Shown here piece by piece: positions 10,223-20,936 of a stretch of 64,000 bases of DNA. Numbering within the stretch: the stretch's first letter is position 1; each line of letters begins with the position of its first letter. Source of the stretch: Deltaproteobacteria bacterium (GTDB taxonomy: Bacteria > Desulfobacterota > Desulfomonilia > UBA1062); NCBI GenBank assembly GCA_015486075.1, contig WFSG01000012.1, positions 21,096 to 85,095 on the forward strand, written 5' to 3'. The position numbers and the translations under genes were made by a program. Below the pieces are notes generated by a model. The model saw only the letters and a list, made by a program, of their open reading frames with translations. It ran no database searches and was not told where the DNA came from.

Positions 10223-11452
10223 ATGAACAGGTTATTCCTGCCCCAGTTACGATGGTATGGTAAGAAGAGCCTGGATATTAGCTTTCCTGACAACTGGGAA
10301 GTAGATTATCTCCTTTCCAGGGGCGCAAAGAATAAGCCACTTACAGGTGGTGAGATAGTCTCTTCACTAAGAAATCCTATAGGTACCAAACCGCTACGTG
10401 AAATTGCCCGGGGTCGCAAGGAGATCGCCATTGTTTTCGACGATTTCACAAGGATAACGCCGGTTGGCGAGATTGCAATGCATGTACTTGACGAACTTCA
10501 CAATGCAGGGATCGTGGACGAGCAGATAAGGTTTATCTGTGCGCTGGGAGCACATGGGGCTCATGACATGAACATGCTGAGGAAGAAATTAGGGGATGAT
10601 ATAATAAGAAACTATCCTGTGTATAATCACAATTGCTACGAGAACTGTACAAAGGTAGGCGAGACATCCCAGGGCACGCCCATAAGTCTTAACAACGAGT
10701 ATCTGAACTGTGACCTGAGGATAGGGATAGGCGGTATTTCCCCACACGTGCAGACAGGTTTCGGCGGGGGTGGTAAGATCATTCTTCCAGGTATTTCCCA
10801 CATAGATACAATAGCCTATTTCCACACAGTAGTGGAGGAAAGAAACGCGGAGCACCTCGGTCTTGGCAATTACGAGGGTAACCTCATGAATAAGGACTTC
10901 TCCGAGGCCGTGGTGATCGGTAAGCTGGATTTCAAGATAGATGCCATTTTCAACCTGCAAGGTGACATCTGCAAGCTGTTTGCAGGTGACCCCACGGCCG
11001 AGTACCTGGAAGGGTGCAGGTATGCCATTGATCACTATGCAACCCCGCCGTCAGTTGGTAACGATGTCGCGGTTGTAAATGCATACGGCAAGGCGAATGA
11101 GATGGCCATTGCAGGGCTTATAGCTCTTTCCTGCATAAAGATTGAAAAGGCGATAGTAATATTTGTTTACAACGCACCCGAGGGACAGATAACCCACTAT
11201 CTTTTCAGGAGTTTTGGAAAACATTACGGTGGTAGGCGTTACCAGTACAAGGAAAAGTTTCTTGAAACCATAAAGCTGGTAGCCTTTACAGAGTACCCAG
11301 ATAGGACAAGCACAGACTGGTTCGTTGATCCAAGGGAGGTTAAGTTCGTAACCAAGTGGGAAGATGCCCTCAGGTTGATAACGGACACGTTTCCAGATGG
11401 TGGAAAAGCTGTCGTGGTACCAGATGGCACCATGCAGTACTTCAGGGCCTGA
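10223..11452 (+). CDS. LarA-family (nickel-pincer-dependent lactate racemase-like, DUF2088) protein
   Basis: The N-terminal LarA-like domain pattern (GRKEIAIVFDDFTRITP...ALGAHGAHD) continues along the 409-aa length. RBS GGAGG before the ATG. Confidence 0.65.
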   Translation: MNRLFLPQLRWYGKKSLDISFPDNWEVDYLLSRGAKNKPLTGGEIVSSLRNPIGTKPLREIARGRKEIAIVFDDFTRITPVGEIAMHVLDELHNAGIVDEQIRFICALGAHGAHDMNMLRKKLGDDIIRNYPVYNHNCYENCTKVGETSQGTPISLNNEYLNCDLRIGIGGISPHVQTGFGGGGKIILPGISHIDTIAYFHTVVEERNAEHLGLGNYEGNLMNKDFSEAVVIGKLDFKIDAIFNLQGDICKLFAGDPTAEYLEGCRYAIDHYATPPSVGNDVAVVNAYGKANEMAIAGLIALSCIKIEKAIVIFVYNAPEGQITHYLFRSFGKHYGGRRYQYKEKFLETIKLVAFTEYPDRTSTDWFVDPREVKFVTKWEDALRLITDTFPDGGKAVVVPDGTMQYFRA

Positions 11453-11575
11453 TACCTGGTATATCTTTACCAAGACTGATACATAGGCACCGTTATCCAC
11501 GATGTTGGTTTCTACATTGTGGCCTTGCAAGGAGCCTGGCCTGTATGTAATAGCAGACCAGGCCTTTAAGACTTG

Positions 11576-12466
11576 CTATCGTACTTTCTTCAGGCAGGTG
11601 TCCCTTATTATTCCTGTGACAATCTCAGGGAAGTCCCTGTACTGTTCCCTGATTTGCATGTCCACGCTATAGAACAGGGGCTTGAACATGAAGGTGGGTA
11701 AGAACATGTTTATGAAAGCATACCCATTCTCGGAACGTACTGCCCCAAGGCATGGCAGGATGAGATTATACTTCTTGTTCATCTCCATGGCCATGCCTGC
11801 GTATTTGGGGGTGCAGAATTCTATGAGTATGAGATTTTCAGCCCCCTTCACAAAGCTATAATCCCTTTGGTCTATTATTTTCCATCCTTCCAGCTCGTCG
11901 AAACTGCTGGTCACCAGATGAGCAAGCTCAACCACTTCGTCGTGGGGGTCTGACTTGATCTTTTTCCTATAGATATCCTTGGTTTTCTTTAACCTGCCGA
12001 GGTAGGCCATCTTTTTCTCATCCATGTCGAAACCGTCCAGTCCATGTACAAGCTTGAATTCCCCGAGTTCAGGTGAAGCAGCCTTGAAGAAGTTTATAAC
12101 TGTTTTCTTGAACCTGTTGAAGATATTATCGACCTTTAACATCTGTTCGCCTGTCACGTCCTCGCCAATGGATTCAAGGAAGTAGTATGGATACCTTGTA
12201 TTTACATGGACTATCCCATCCTCTTCGTATACACCTACCTTTAACAGGGGCAATGCATAGACATTTTCCCACCTGGTTTCCATGACCACGCGGGAGAGTT
12301 CCCTGAGATGAAACTCAAACGTAAATGCCTTAGGCGACCACCTGTGAATACCACCCAGTTCAAAGCCCTTGAGGTCTTTTAAGGTATCCCTTAGATAGTC
12401 TATGGTTCCTTGGAAATCCCTTTTAGCATCCTTTACCTCACCTATCTTCAGAAATGGTCTACTCAT
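11576..12466 (-). CDS. hypothetical protein
   Basis: 296-aa ORF with good coding appearance and no motif I recognise. Confidence 0.5.
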   Translation of the reverse strand: MSRPFLKIGEVKDAKRDFQGTIDYLRDTLKDLKGFELGGIHRWSPKAFTFEFHLRELSRVVMETRWENVYALPLLKVGVYEEDGIVHVNTRYPYYFLESIGEDVTGEQMLKVDNIFNRFKKTVINFFKAASPELGEFKLVHGLDGFDMDEKKMAYLGRLKKTKDIYRKKIKSDPHDEVVELAHLVTSSFDELEGWKIIDQRDYSFVKGAENLILIEFCTPKYAGMAMEMNKKYNLILPCLGAVRSENGYAFINMFLPTFMFKPLFYSVDMQIREQYRDFPEIVTGIIRDTCLKKVR

Positions 12467-12867
12467 GCTTTACCTCCGATTTGCCAGTAATCTGAGTTTC
12501 TTATAATTAAACATGGGCTAATTTATCAAGCGATTTATAACTAATTAATGGTAATATGACATGAAGTACTACCTTTCATCGATTCATCTAGCTCCTTGCC
12601 AAGCTTATCACCCTTGTAATCTATAGAAATGTCTTCCCTATCCTTCGCAAGTATCACGTTTGCCTTCCATGACCCTGTCCTGCCTGTCATTAAGGGAGAG
12701 GGCCCTCACGTTGAATATACCTGCTCAAGTGGTCATTGGACCAAGTATATCTGGTACCGCAGGTCAAGTCCTAGTATTATGCCATTATTCTAATGTTGAT
12801 TTTTCAGGTAATATGCTGCATGATCAATAAGATTGTAACTCTTGATGTCATCGTGGGAGGCTAGGAT

Positions 12868-15456
12868 TTGCATTGCTGGGGACTTGTAGGCAGGCATAGT
12901 AGATCCAGGTATAGTTGTGTAACGCCTTGTATTGTATACTTGTTTATCTTGTTAGGTCTACTTTCATCAGGATGCACCACGTTCATGATGCATCACTATA
13001 GATATACACTGGCAAAGTCCAGGGGGATAGAGGTACTAAAGGGTTTAAAGATGCCCGTGACCATAAGAAGGGATCACATGGGCATACCGTTCATAGATGC
13101 CCCTGACACGGATGATCTTGCATTTGCCATAGGTTACGTTAATGCGAGTGACAGGTTATCCCAGATGATAGGCTTCAAGCTGATGGCAGAGGGGAGACTC
13201 TCTGAGATGGCAGGACCATCGACACTTGACATAGATGTGTACATCCGTTCCCAGGGGCTTAACCAGATAGCGAGAAGCTTGTACTCATCGTGCTCAGATA
13301 GACTTAAGCGTATACTTAGGTATTACAGTGCAGGGGTGAATGCGTATATAGAGAAATACCGTGATTGCCTACCACCAGATATACAACTTGCTGGGTACGA
13401 GCCGGACAAGTGGAGACCCATTGATTCCGTATCTGTTTTCGTGCTGTTGAATTTTGGTCTTGCAGTGAACCTCCAGGAAGAGATTGATGTACTTAATATG
13501 GTCAATGCAATAGGTCCTGCAAAGGCAGCATGGCTGTTTCCCATATACCCGGATGAACCGCTACCTTTCAAGGAAGCTAGTAAACTTGCAGGTATAGGTC
13601 TAGCTGATGCACACAAATTTGACCTGGCTAGGATAAACCACGTACAGGATTCACTAAGGGAAATGGGCCTGCTTGGAATCCCGGCGTCCAACAACTGGGC
13701 GATATCTGGCAGACGTACCTTAAGGAAGGCATGTATATTTGCAAACGATACTCACCTTCCCCTTTCCATGCCCTCCATCTGGAACCTCATGCATGTAAGA
13801 TGCCCAGACTATGATGCGGCTGGCATAGCCATTGCCGGTATACCTGGAATTGTGGCCGGCTACAACGGCCATATTGCATGGGGCATGACCATGGTAATGG
13901 GGGACAACCAAGACGTATTCATAGAAAAGATCAGGAAGGAGAATGGAAGGGTTCTCTACCTTTACAAGGATAAATGGGAACCCGCGGCTGGAAGAAAAGA
14001 GATATTCAGGATTAAGGGGAGGGAACCAGTTGTACGGACCATATATGAAACGGTTCATGGACCCCTCATAGGTGATGCGCTTGGGTGCGAGCGCAAGAAC
14101 GAGATAGAGGCAATGCCTATGAGCCTGCCCGAGAGGTACGATATCGCAGTAAGCTGGGCATCGCATGTCCCTGGTGATAAGACCATGGATGCTTTCCTAT
14201 CCTTGGAGGCAACACGTTCTATAGATGAAGCGATACCCTTGTTGAAGAAGATTCGTGCCATATCGCTAAATATGGTTGTAGCAGATCACGACAACATTGC
14301 CTGGCAGGTTACAGGATGTTTCCCCTTGAGAAAAAATGGGCGCGGTCTTTTTCCATCCCCGGGTTGGACTGGTAAGTACGATTGGAAAGGTTTTTTAGAC
14401 GTATCGAAACAACCCCATGCATTGAATCCTTCACAGGGGTTCATCTGCACGGCAAATAACCGTACAGTGGGTCCCTCTTTTCCCTATGTGCTGTCCTCGT
14501 CTTGGTACTACCCCGAGAGGGCAGAGCGTATAAGGAAGCTTTTATCGTCAAGTAACGCTCACACCCTTGAGACCAGTATGAAGATGCAACTTGATACATG
14601 CTCACCATATGTTGCAAAGCTAAAGGATGCCCTGCTAAAAGGCGGGACATATGGAGGGATTATAAGGACGATTGATGGCTGGAAGGATGCTTCAAGGAAG
14701 GCTGAAGCCAGGGAAGCTCTGTACATGCTGAGGCACTCTGACTCCAAGATGGGTATCGATTCCACATCTGCCTGCCTTATAGGCGCCCTCATGTACACCT
14801 ATACGCGTAATACGTTTCTCGACGAACTAGGACCAGAAGATAGCCCGCAATGGAAGTCCTTTATACATGAGGGTGATCTGGGATACTCGGCAATAGCTGA
14901 TCACATAACCATGAGAGGAGATGAGAGTCCCTTTTGGGATAATGTGAATACGCCCGAGAAAGAGACAAAGGCACAGATAGTAGCAAACTCGCTTGCCGAT
15001 GCCATGGAACTGCTGGAACACAGGCTTGGCAAAGATAGGGCAGGTTGGAAATGGGGTAGGCTGCATACCTATTACTGGGAAACAGAGGCATACAAGATGT
15101 CAAGATACATGGGATTATTCCAGAGGCTAGGCATGAGGTTTCTTTCGCCTTTTTTCAATAGGGGTGCCTTTCCCGCTCCAGGCGACCACACTACAATAAA
15201 CGTGGCTTCATACCACCTGGCAAAGGATTTTGGCGTGTGGCTCATACCAGAGATGAGGATCATAGTTGATTTCAGCAGAAAGGACCCTCTTTATGCAGTA
15301 AACAGTACGGGCCAATCTGGTAACCCGGTTAGTATTCACTACGACGATGGCATAAGGGCATGGCTTGAGGGAAGTTATGTGAGCTTCCCGTTCGGTGAGA
15401 AGAAACTAGAGCACCAGTATACTGACGTGCTTACCCTGAAGCCTGAAGGGAAGTGA
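12868..15456 (+). CDS. penicillin acylase / Ntn-hydrolase S45 family protein, probably exported
   Basis: N-terminal signal-like segment with lipobox-like LLSSGC. The alpha and beta halves are separated by a spacer ending in the catalytic N-terminal nucleophile context GIPASNNWAISG. Exact start uncertain. Confidence 0.8.
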   Translation: MHCWGLVGRHSRSRYSCVTPCIVYLFILLGLLSSGCTTFMMHHYRYTLAKSRGIEVLKGLKMPVTIRRDHMGIPFIDAPDTDDLAFAIGYVNASDRLSQMIGFKLMAEGRLSEMAGPSTLDIDVYIRSQGLNQIARSLYSSCSDRLKRILRYYSAGVNAYIEKYRDCLPPDIQLAGYEPDKWRPIDSVSVFVLLNFGLAVNLQEEIDVLNMVNAIGPAKAAWLFPIYPDEPLPFKEASKLAGIGLADAHKFDLARINHVQDSLREMGLLGIPASNNWAISGRRTLRKACIFANDTHLPLSMPSIWNLMHVRCPDYDAAGIAIAGIPGIVAGYNGHIAWGMTMVMGDNQDVFIEKIRKENGRVLYLYKDKWEPAAGRKEIFRIKGREPVVRTIYETVHGPLIGDALGCERKNEIEAMPMSLPERYDIAVSWASHVPGDKTMDAFLSLEATRSIDEAIPLLKKIRAISLNMVVADHDNIAWQVTGCFPLRKNGRGLFPSPGWTGKYDWKGFLDVSKQPHALNPSQGFICTANNRTVGPSFPYVLSSSWYYPERAERIRKLLSSSNAHTLETSMKMQLDTCSPYVAKLKDALLKGGTYGGIIRTIDGWKDASRKAEAREALYMLRHSDSKMGIDSTSACLIGALMYTYTRNTFLDELGPEDSPQWKSFIHEGDLGYSAIADHITMRGDESPFWDNVNTPEKETKAQIVANSLADAMELLEHRLGKDRAGWKWGRLHTYYWETEAYKMSRYMGLFQRLGMRFLSPFFNRGAFPAPGDHTTINVASYHLAKDFGVWLIPEMRIIVDFSRKDPLYAVNSTGQSGNPVSIHYDDGIRAWLEGSYVSFPFGEKKLEHQYTDVLTLKPEGK

Positions 15457-15582
15457 GCGATGGATAGAATCAGCCTTGAGATTCACAGGCTAAGTACTGG
15501 TCTTTGCAAGTAACTTTGTAATGCCTCGTCCAGGTTGGATAAGGGAATGAAATGCAAGATGTTTTACGAAGGGCCTGGTTTC

Positions 15583-15596
15583 TAGGGATGTCCCTA
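15583..15596. promoter_or_regulatory. 6-2-6 perfect palindrome upstream of the MMPL gene
   Basis: TAGGGA-tg-TCCCTA lies 23 nt upstream of the MMPL start codon. Confidence 0.35.
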
Positions 15597-15618
15597 CTAT
15601 AGAGGAGAAAAAGGATCA

Positions 15619-17916
15619 ATGATGAGGAAGATTGCAGAGATTATCTACAAGTTAAGGTACTTCCTTGCTTTATGCGTGCTTGCGCTTACTGTTTTCTTTG
15701 GTCTCTCAATACACGGGAAGTTGGATAATACGATAACAGCATGGTTTGCAAAAGATGACCCGGTATATGTCACCTATTCTCGTTTTCGTGATACGTTCGA
15801 GGGGGACAGGTATCTGATTGTTGCAGTAAAGTCAGACAACCTGTTCTCTATGGATGTCCTTAACTACATAAAGAGGAAGACATCAGAGCTCGAGGACCTG
15901 CCACAGGTAAAAAAGGTGCATTCCCTTGCCAACTCGAACAAGGTCATAGGTACAGAGCAGGGTGTAGAGATAAACCCACTTCTTGAAAACCTGAAAAAAG
16001 ATAGGCTCGGGAGCATAAGGCATTACACCATGAATGATAAACTCTACCGGGGCTACCTGATATCAGCAGATGGCAGGCTCACGTCCATAATCGTTGCATT
16101 CGACGAGATGGATACAGACGAGATGGACATGGTAATAGCCAAGGTCAAGAAGATACTCAACACCGGTAAGCCCAAGGGTGTAGCCATATACCTGACTGGT
16201 GATGTTATGCTGAACTACGAGTTCAACGATATCACCAGACAGGATGAAACTGTCCTGCCTGTCCTCGGTATCGCGCTTGCCATTTTCGTCTCTTTCTTCC
16301 TTTTCAGGTCAATACTCAAGGTAAGCATAGTACTCATAGGTGTAGTAGCGACACTTACATGGTCTATAGGTTTTTACTGCTTACTCGGATACTCGTTTAA
16401 CGCTGTTACCGGCATGATTGTGCCGCTTGTAACAATACTCTCGGTTGCCAACTCCCTACACATCATAGAGTATTTTGACGAGGTGAGTGAGAAACTGGAC
16501 AAGAGGGAGGCCTTTATTTCAACCTTGGAATACATTATGACACCGTGCTTTGTTGCCAGCATAACCACTTCCTTCGGCCTTGCATCCCTTATCACTAGCC
16601 CGATAGGTGCTATAAAACACTTTGGCGTGTCAGCCGGTGCTGGTATAATGTTCAGTTTCATCATATCCGTAATCATTGCCCCGTTGATGCTCATTGTTTT
16701 CCAAGGCAAGAAAAGCGCACATCACGAACACTGGAGGAAATTTCTTGCGCACCTTGCCGAGGTCAACGTGCGTGGATACAGGTACATACTGATCGCGGCC
16801 ATTGTGGCCATCGCATTTTTCGGATATGGCTTTACAAAGATAAGGATTGAGACCAACGAGCTCAAATGGTTTCCCAAAACCAGTGACCTGTACAAGAGTT
16901 CCATGATTGTCGACAAGGAACTGGCAGGCACTGGAGACCTCGAAATATTCATACAGGGAAACGAGGGTGTACTCAAGAACCCTGACATAATGAAAAGGAT
17001 GGACCTGCTCTCCCAGGAAATAAAGAAGATGCCGCACGTAAAAAAGGTGATATCCCTGGCCAACTACGTGAAGACGGTAAACAAGGTCCTTCAGGGTGAC
17101 AGGCCCGATGAGTACAGGGTACCTGACTCAAGGTCACTTATAGCTCAGGAATTACTTTTGTTCAGTTTTTCAAGCGACGGCAGGGAAGAGCTGGAAAGCA
17201 TTGCTACCCCTGATTATTCAAAGGGGAGGATAACCATAAAGCTACGTTACACAAGCTCCGAAGATGTGGAGGCTCTATCCCATCTGGTAGATAAGAAGGC
17301 AAAGGAGATATTCTCAGGTACAGATGTCAAGGTCACGCTGACAGGCATATCCTACATATTCAGCACCCTGAACAGTTACATCATCCAGAGCCAGATAAGG
17401 AGCTTTACATTGGCGTTTATCCTGGTCATAGGCATAATATACCTGGTCTTCTACTCGCTGAGGTATGGTACAATCAGCATATTACCAAATATATTCCCAA
17501 TAATAGTGGTCCTTGGTTTCATGGGATGGGTAGGCATAACCCTGAACGTAGGGACAGTGATGAATGCCTCTGTTGCCCTTGGCATATGCGTGGACGACAC
17601 CATACATTTTCTTACCAGGTTCAGGAAGGAGTTTGACAAGTCGACTTTAAGTGTACCAGATGCCATAAGGAGGAGTACTGTCATGGTTGGAAGGGCCATT
17701 ATATCTACTTCTATTATAAACATATCCGGATTCCTGTTGACCGTAATATCGGAGTTCAAGCCCACAAGGGAATTTGGATGGCTGATATCTTTGACCCTGT
17801 TTCTTGCTCTGCTGGGTGACCTATTTATACTTCCATCTTCCATGATGAAGGTACAGGGTATTCTTGTTAGGTCAAGGGAAAAGACCTTGGCAAAAGAAGG
17901 ATACACGCGCCAATAA
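15619..17916 (+). CDS. MMPL/RND superfamily exporter
   Basis: Two six-TM bundles, each followed by a large periplasmic loop. The N-terminus is typical of the MMPL/HpnN-like family. RBS GAGGAG before the ATG. Confidence 0.8.
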   Translation: MMRKIAEIIYKLRYFLALCVLALTVFFGLSIHGKLDNTITAWFAKDDPVYVTYSRFRDTFEGDRYLIVAVKSDNLFSMDVLNYIKRKTSELEDLPQVKKVHSLANSNKVIGTEQGVEINPLLENLKKDRLGSIRHYTMNDKLYRGYLISADGRLTSIIVAFDEMDTDEMDMVIAKVKKILNTGKPKGVAIYLTGDVMLNYEFNDITRQDETVLPVLGIALAIFVSFFLFRSILKVSIVLIGVVATLTWSIGFYCLLGYSFNAVTGMIVPLVTILSVANSLHIIEYFDEVSEKLDKREAFISTLEYIMTPCFVASITTSFGLASLITSPIGAIKHFGVSAGAGIMFSFIISVIIAPLMLIVFQGKKSAHHEHWRKFLAHLAEVNVRGYRYILIAAIVAIAFFGYGFTKIRIETNELKWFPKTSDLYKSSMIVDKELAGTGDLEIFIQGNEGVLKNPDIMKRMDLLSQEIKKMPHVKKVISLANYVKTVNKVLQGDRPDEYRVPDSRSLIAQELLLFSFSSDGREELESIATPDYSKGRITIKLRYTSSEDVEALSHLVDKKAKEIFSGTDVKVTLTGISYIFSTLNSYIIQSQIRSFTLAFILVIGIIYLVFYSLRYGTISILPNIFPIIVVLGFMGWVGITLNVGTVMNASVALGICVDDTIHFLTRFRKEFDKSTLSVPDAIRRSTVMVGRAIISTSIINISGFLLTVISEFKPTREFGWLISLTLFLALLGDLFILPSSMMKVQGILVRSREKTLAKEGYTRQ

Positions 17917-18089
17917 GGTAATCAACTGGCTTGCTAGCTAGCCACGGACGTTCTATATCTGGATAATATCTAGGCGACCGTAGCTTTCATCATGTTTTTA
18001 TCTGGCTAAATGGCATCCGAGGACCTTGCATCTCGGCTACCATACCATGGTTGGTATAGAACCATAGAACACGGAAAGGTTAAGCCATT

Positions 18090-18851
18090 CTAGAAATCGT
18101 AGTTAGGGTTATCAGGAGAGAAATCTTTGTCAGTAAGGCCTACATTCAGTTTCACCTTGGAAAAGGCGTAATTTTCAACGAATATGCCCTTGTAATCCCA
18201 AATTTGGACACCGACAGGTAGTCCTGTTGCGTTATCTATATACATCTTTATCCTGTGTGCATAGTCAGTCGGTTTTCTTTTCACAGGTCTCAATATTTCT
18301 ATGCAATGGGTCATGGTTCCATATAGATTGACCTCACCGCAATCGCTTAGCTTGAAACCTGCCTCAGGGTGCTTCTCGCTCCACATAAGGTCGTCTATAG
18401 AGGTCTTTACGATATTTCCTATGCCTGCTTCTAGGATTGTATGGCGGTTACCTCTCATGGCGAGCCTGCCGAGAGGATTTATGTTCATTGTTATATCGGG
18501 AAAAGAGCCCTTGTGCACCTTTAACCTGTCTCTATTCCACCCCTTGACAAAGATTACCTCCTGGTTCTTGTGGGGGTTTTTTATCCATTTCATGTACACG
18601 CTAAAAGGCTTTTCCCTGAACTTCATGAATATGGTTTCAACAGGCCTCATCTCCCCATCTATCCATTCCTGCTTGTAGAGTATGGCCGTGTAATCTTTTA
18701 CTTTACTGTATGCCTTTTGCATGTTCAAGATGTACTGTTTTAGTGCTAGCGTATCCTTTGTCCGGACAGTCTTTTTAGTGACATCAGCCCCGTAGGCTGT
18801 AAGATAAGACAATAAAAAAAACGAGGAGACCAGTATTGTAACCTTTTTCAT
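18090..18851 (-). CDS. LolA-like / outer-membrane lipoprotein-sorting-like periplasmic protein (DUF1571-like)
   Basis: Signal peptide MKKVTILVSSFFLLSYLTAYGA. The size and beta-rich composition resemble the LolA-fold proteins that commonly accompany MMPL transporters. Confidence 0.55.
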   Translation of the reverse strand: MKKVTILVSSFFLLSYLTAYGADVTKKTVRTKDTLALKQYILNMQKAYSKVKDYTAILYKQEWIDGEMRPVETIFMKFREKPFSVYMKWIKNPHKNQEVIFVKGWNRDRLKVHKGSFPDITMNINPLGRLAMRGNRHTILEAGIGNIVKTSIDDLMWSEKHPEAGFKLSDCGEVNLYGTMTHCIEILRPVKRKPTDYAHRIKMYIDNATGLPVGVQIWDYKGIFVENYAFSKVKLNVGLTDKDFSPDNPNYDF

Positions 18852-19205
18852 ACATACCTCCTAAATTTATTTAAACATATCACGAGGAGAACCGCATAAA
18901 ATTCTTCTACTCATTAGGTACAAAGTCTCTTTTTACACTTGTTAAATGGTTATATTACTGAAACATGGGAGGGAATCAAGGATAAAAATACTACGTCTGC
19001 TTCCATGGTCTACTAGGATGTAAACCTATTTTTGTATGCCGTGATCAAGGAAAGGAGAAACACAGGTTTAGGTACGTTTGTCTTTGGTCTTAGAAGATTG
19101 ATTAAGCGCTATATTTATGCTAGCAATCTTGGTGTGGTTATTATTGTTTAACGTATATCCCGGTTGTGGTTATGGTCCCTTTTAGACAGGCAGGAGGTCA
19201 ATATC

Positions 19206-20642
19206 GTGTATAACAAGAAAGATGTGGAGGTCTTCATAAACCCTTCATCTGTTGCTGTTATAGGTGCAAGCCAAAGGCCCGGTTCCTGGGGTTCCTTTAT
19301 AATGGAAGGGCTTCTTTCGATGGGATTTCCAGGTAGGATATATCCTGTCAACACGCACCAGGAGAGTGTTTACGGTATAAAGTCCGTAAGGGATATAAGG
19401 GACATAGAAGGTGGGGTTGACCTTGCTGTATTGGCCATTCCAGAAGAGACAATTGAAGGCGTGATAAGGGCATGCGGGGAAAAGGGCGTGAAGGGTCTTG
19501 CCATAATCACGGCAGGTTTTGGCGAGGCCGTAGAAGGCGGCAGGGAGAGGGAGAAGAAGATAGCCAGGCTTGCGCGTTCTTATGGCATGCATATCCTTGG
19601 TCCTAATGTAAGTGGGACGTTTAATCTTGATGCCAGATTCAATGCAGCCGCGTCCCCCAAGGATCATCTACTTAGAACACCTTTGGTGGCGGTTTGCCAA
19701 GGTGGGTACGCATTCTACGACTTGCTTGCCTCTGGTTTCTCAAGGGGTATGGGGGTATCTAGGTTCATACATACAGGTAACGAGTGCGACCTCACAGTCA
19801 CAGATTTCTTGGAGTACTTTGGGGCAGATCCAGAGGCAAAGGCAATTTTAATGTACGTTGAAACCATAAGGGATGGCAGGCGCTTCATAGAAGTTGCTAA
19901 GCATGTAACAGCCAGGAAACCCGTTGTGATGTACAAAGCAGGCAGAACACCAGGCAGCAAGCGTGCTGCTATGAGCCATACAGGTGCGCTGTCAGGTTCC
20001 ACGGAAATCTATCGTGCCATGCTTCATCAGGTTGGTGTCATCACGAGTCCCACCATGGAACTATTGCTACCCTTGGGACACGCACTTATAGAGCGTCCCC
20101 CCATGAGAGGCAGGCGTGTTGCAATAATTACGATGGGTGGATCCTGGGGGGTTGCACTTACTGATGCACTGGAACTGGCAGGACTAGTGGTCCCTGAGTT
20201 TAGTCCTGAACTACAGAAACGCCTGAGGTCTCTTGGTATGCCCGTGAGGGCCTCCACGAGGAATCCCGTGGACATAGGTGCATCAGGACTTTTTTTCTCG
20301 GTAGACCTTTTACTGGAACTTGGCCGAGAGATACTCGGGTCTTCCGAGGTAGATGCCCTGGTACTGCATGGTCTAGGAAGGCCCGGCATGCTTGGTGATG
20401 ATGCATCAGACGAGGTCAGGCTTTTTCTGGAGGTGGAGAAACAATCCATACGTGGCTTTGATGAGCTTGAGAAAGAGTTTCATTGTCCTGTGCTGGTAGG
20501 AAGCCATTTCTCTCCCTGGGAATCACAGGCAATACACGATCTCACAAAGGAAGGTATAAGGGTCTATAACAGGCTCGATGAGATAGCGCAACTACTCTAC
20601 CACATGTATCAATACTGGCAGATGAGAAGCCGTGGCAATTAG
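19206..20642 (+). CDS. CoA-binding, ADP-forming acyl-CoA synthetase alpha-like protein
   Basis: GTG at 19206 follows AGGAGG at 19192-19197. CoA-binding Rossmann N-terminus (SVAVIGASQRPGSWG) followed by a succinyl-CoA-synthetase-like domain. Confidence 0.7.
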   Translation: MYNKKDVEVFINPSSVAVIGASQRPGSWGSFIMEGLLSMGFPGRIYPVNTHQESVYGIKSVRDIRDIEGGVDLAVLAIPEETIEGVIRACGEKGVKGLAIITAGFGEAVEGGREREKKIARLARSYGMHILGPNVSGTFNLDARFNAAASPKDHLLRTPLVAVCQGGYAFYDLLASGFSRGMGVSRFIHTGNECDLTVTDFLEYFGADPEAKAILMYVETIRDGRRFIEVAKHVTARKPVVMYKAGRTPGSKRAAMSHTGALSGSTEIYRAMLHQVGVITSPTMELLLPLGHALIERPPMRGRRVAIITMGGSWGVALTDALELAGLVVPEFSPELQKRLRSLGMPVRASTRNPVDIGASGLFFSVDLLLELGREILGSSEVDALVLHGLGRPGMLGDDASDEVRLFLEVEKQSIRGFDELEKEFHCPVLVGSHFSPWESQAIHDLTKEGIRVYNRLDEIAQLLYHMYQYWQMRSRGN

Positions 20643-20936
20643 GTATTACCGTGATTATACCTGCCTATATGCCTATACATTATGACTTTTCGATGTAAAT
20701 GTATATTTATGAAAAAGTACACGTTGTCCGATGTGTTATGAATCTTTAAATATACAAGGGGAGGCGCAAGGATATAAAAGGTTATGATTGCGATAGGGTG
20801 TGAATTGCGAGTATCCGGTGATAAGAAGGTCTGGCATGGAGATGGACCTTATGCGTAAGGCCCGTTAGCTAGATGCAACTTATGGTTCATTTTTTATGTC
20901 TTGGCCGCTATAAAAAGGCGATGGAGGTTTTTTGGT

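Noticed and set aside
12541-12690. 49-aa minus-strand ORF (MTGRTGSWKANVILAKDREDISIDYKGDKLGKELDESMKGSTSCHITIN) in the 401-bp spacer upstream of the penicillin acylase gene.
   Set aside because: It has no convincing RBS and no recognisable motif, and it is below the size where coding can be judged from sequence alone. It could still be a real small protein.
17917-18089. Possible small RNA or structured element between the convergent MMPL and LolA-like genes.
   Set aside because: Only two weak, AT-rich hairpins are present, consistent with ordinary convergent terminators. They are recorded under the MMPL finding instead.
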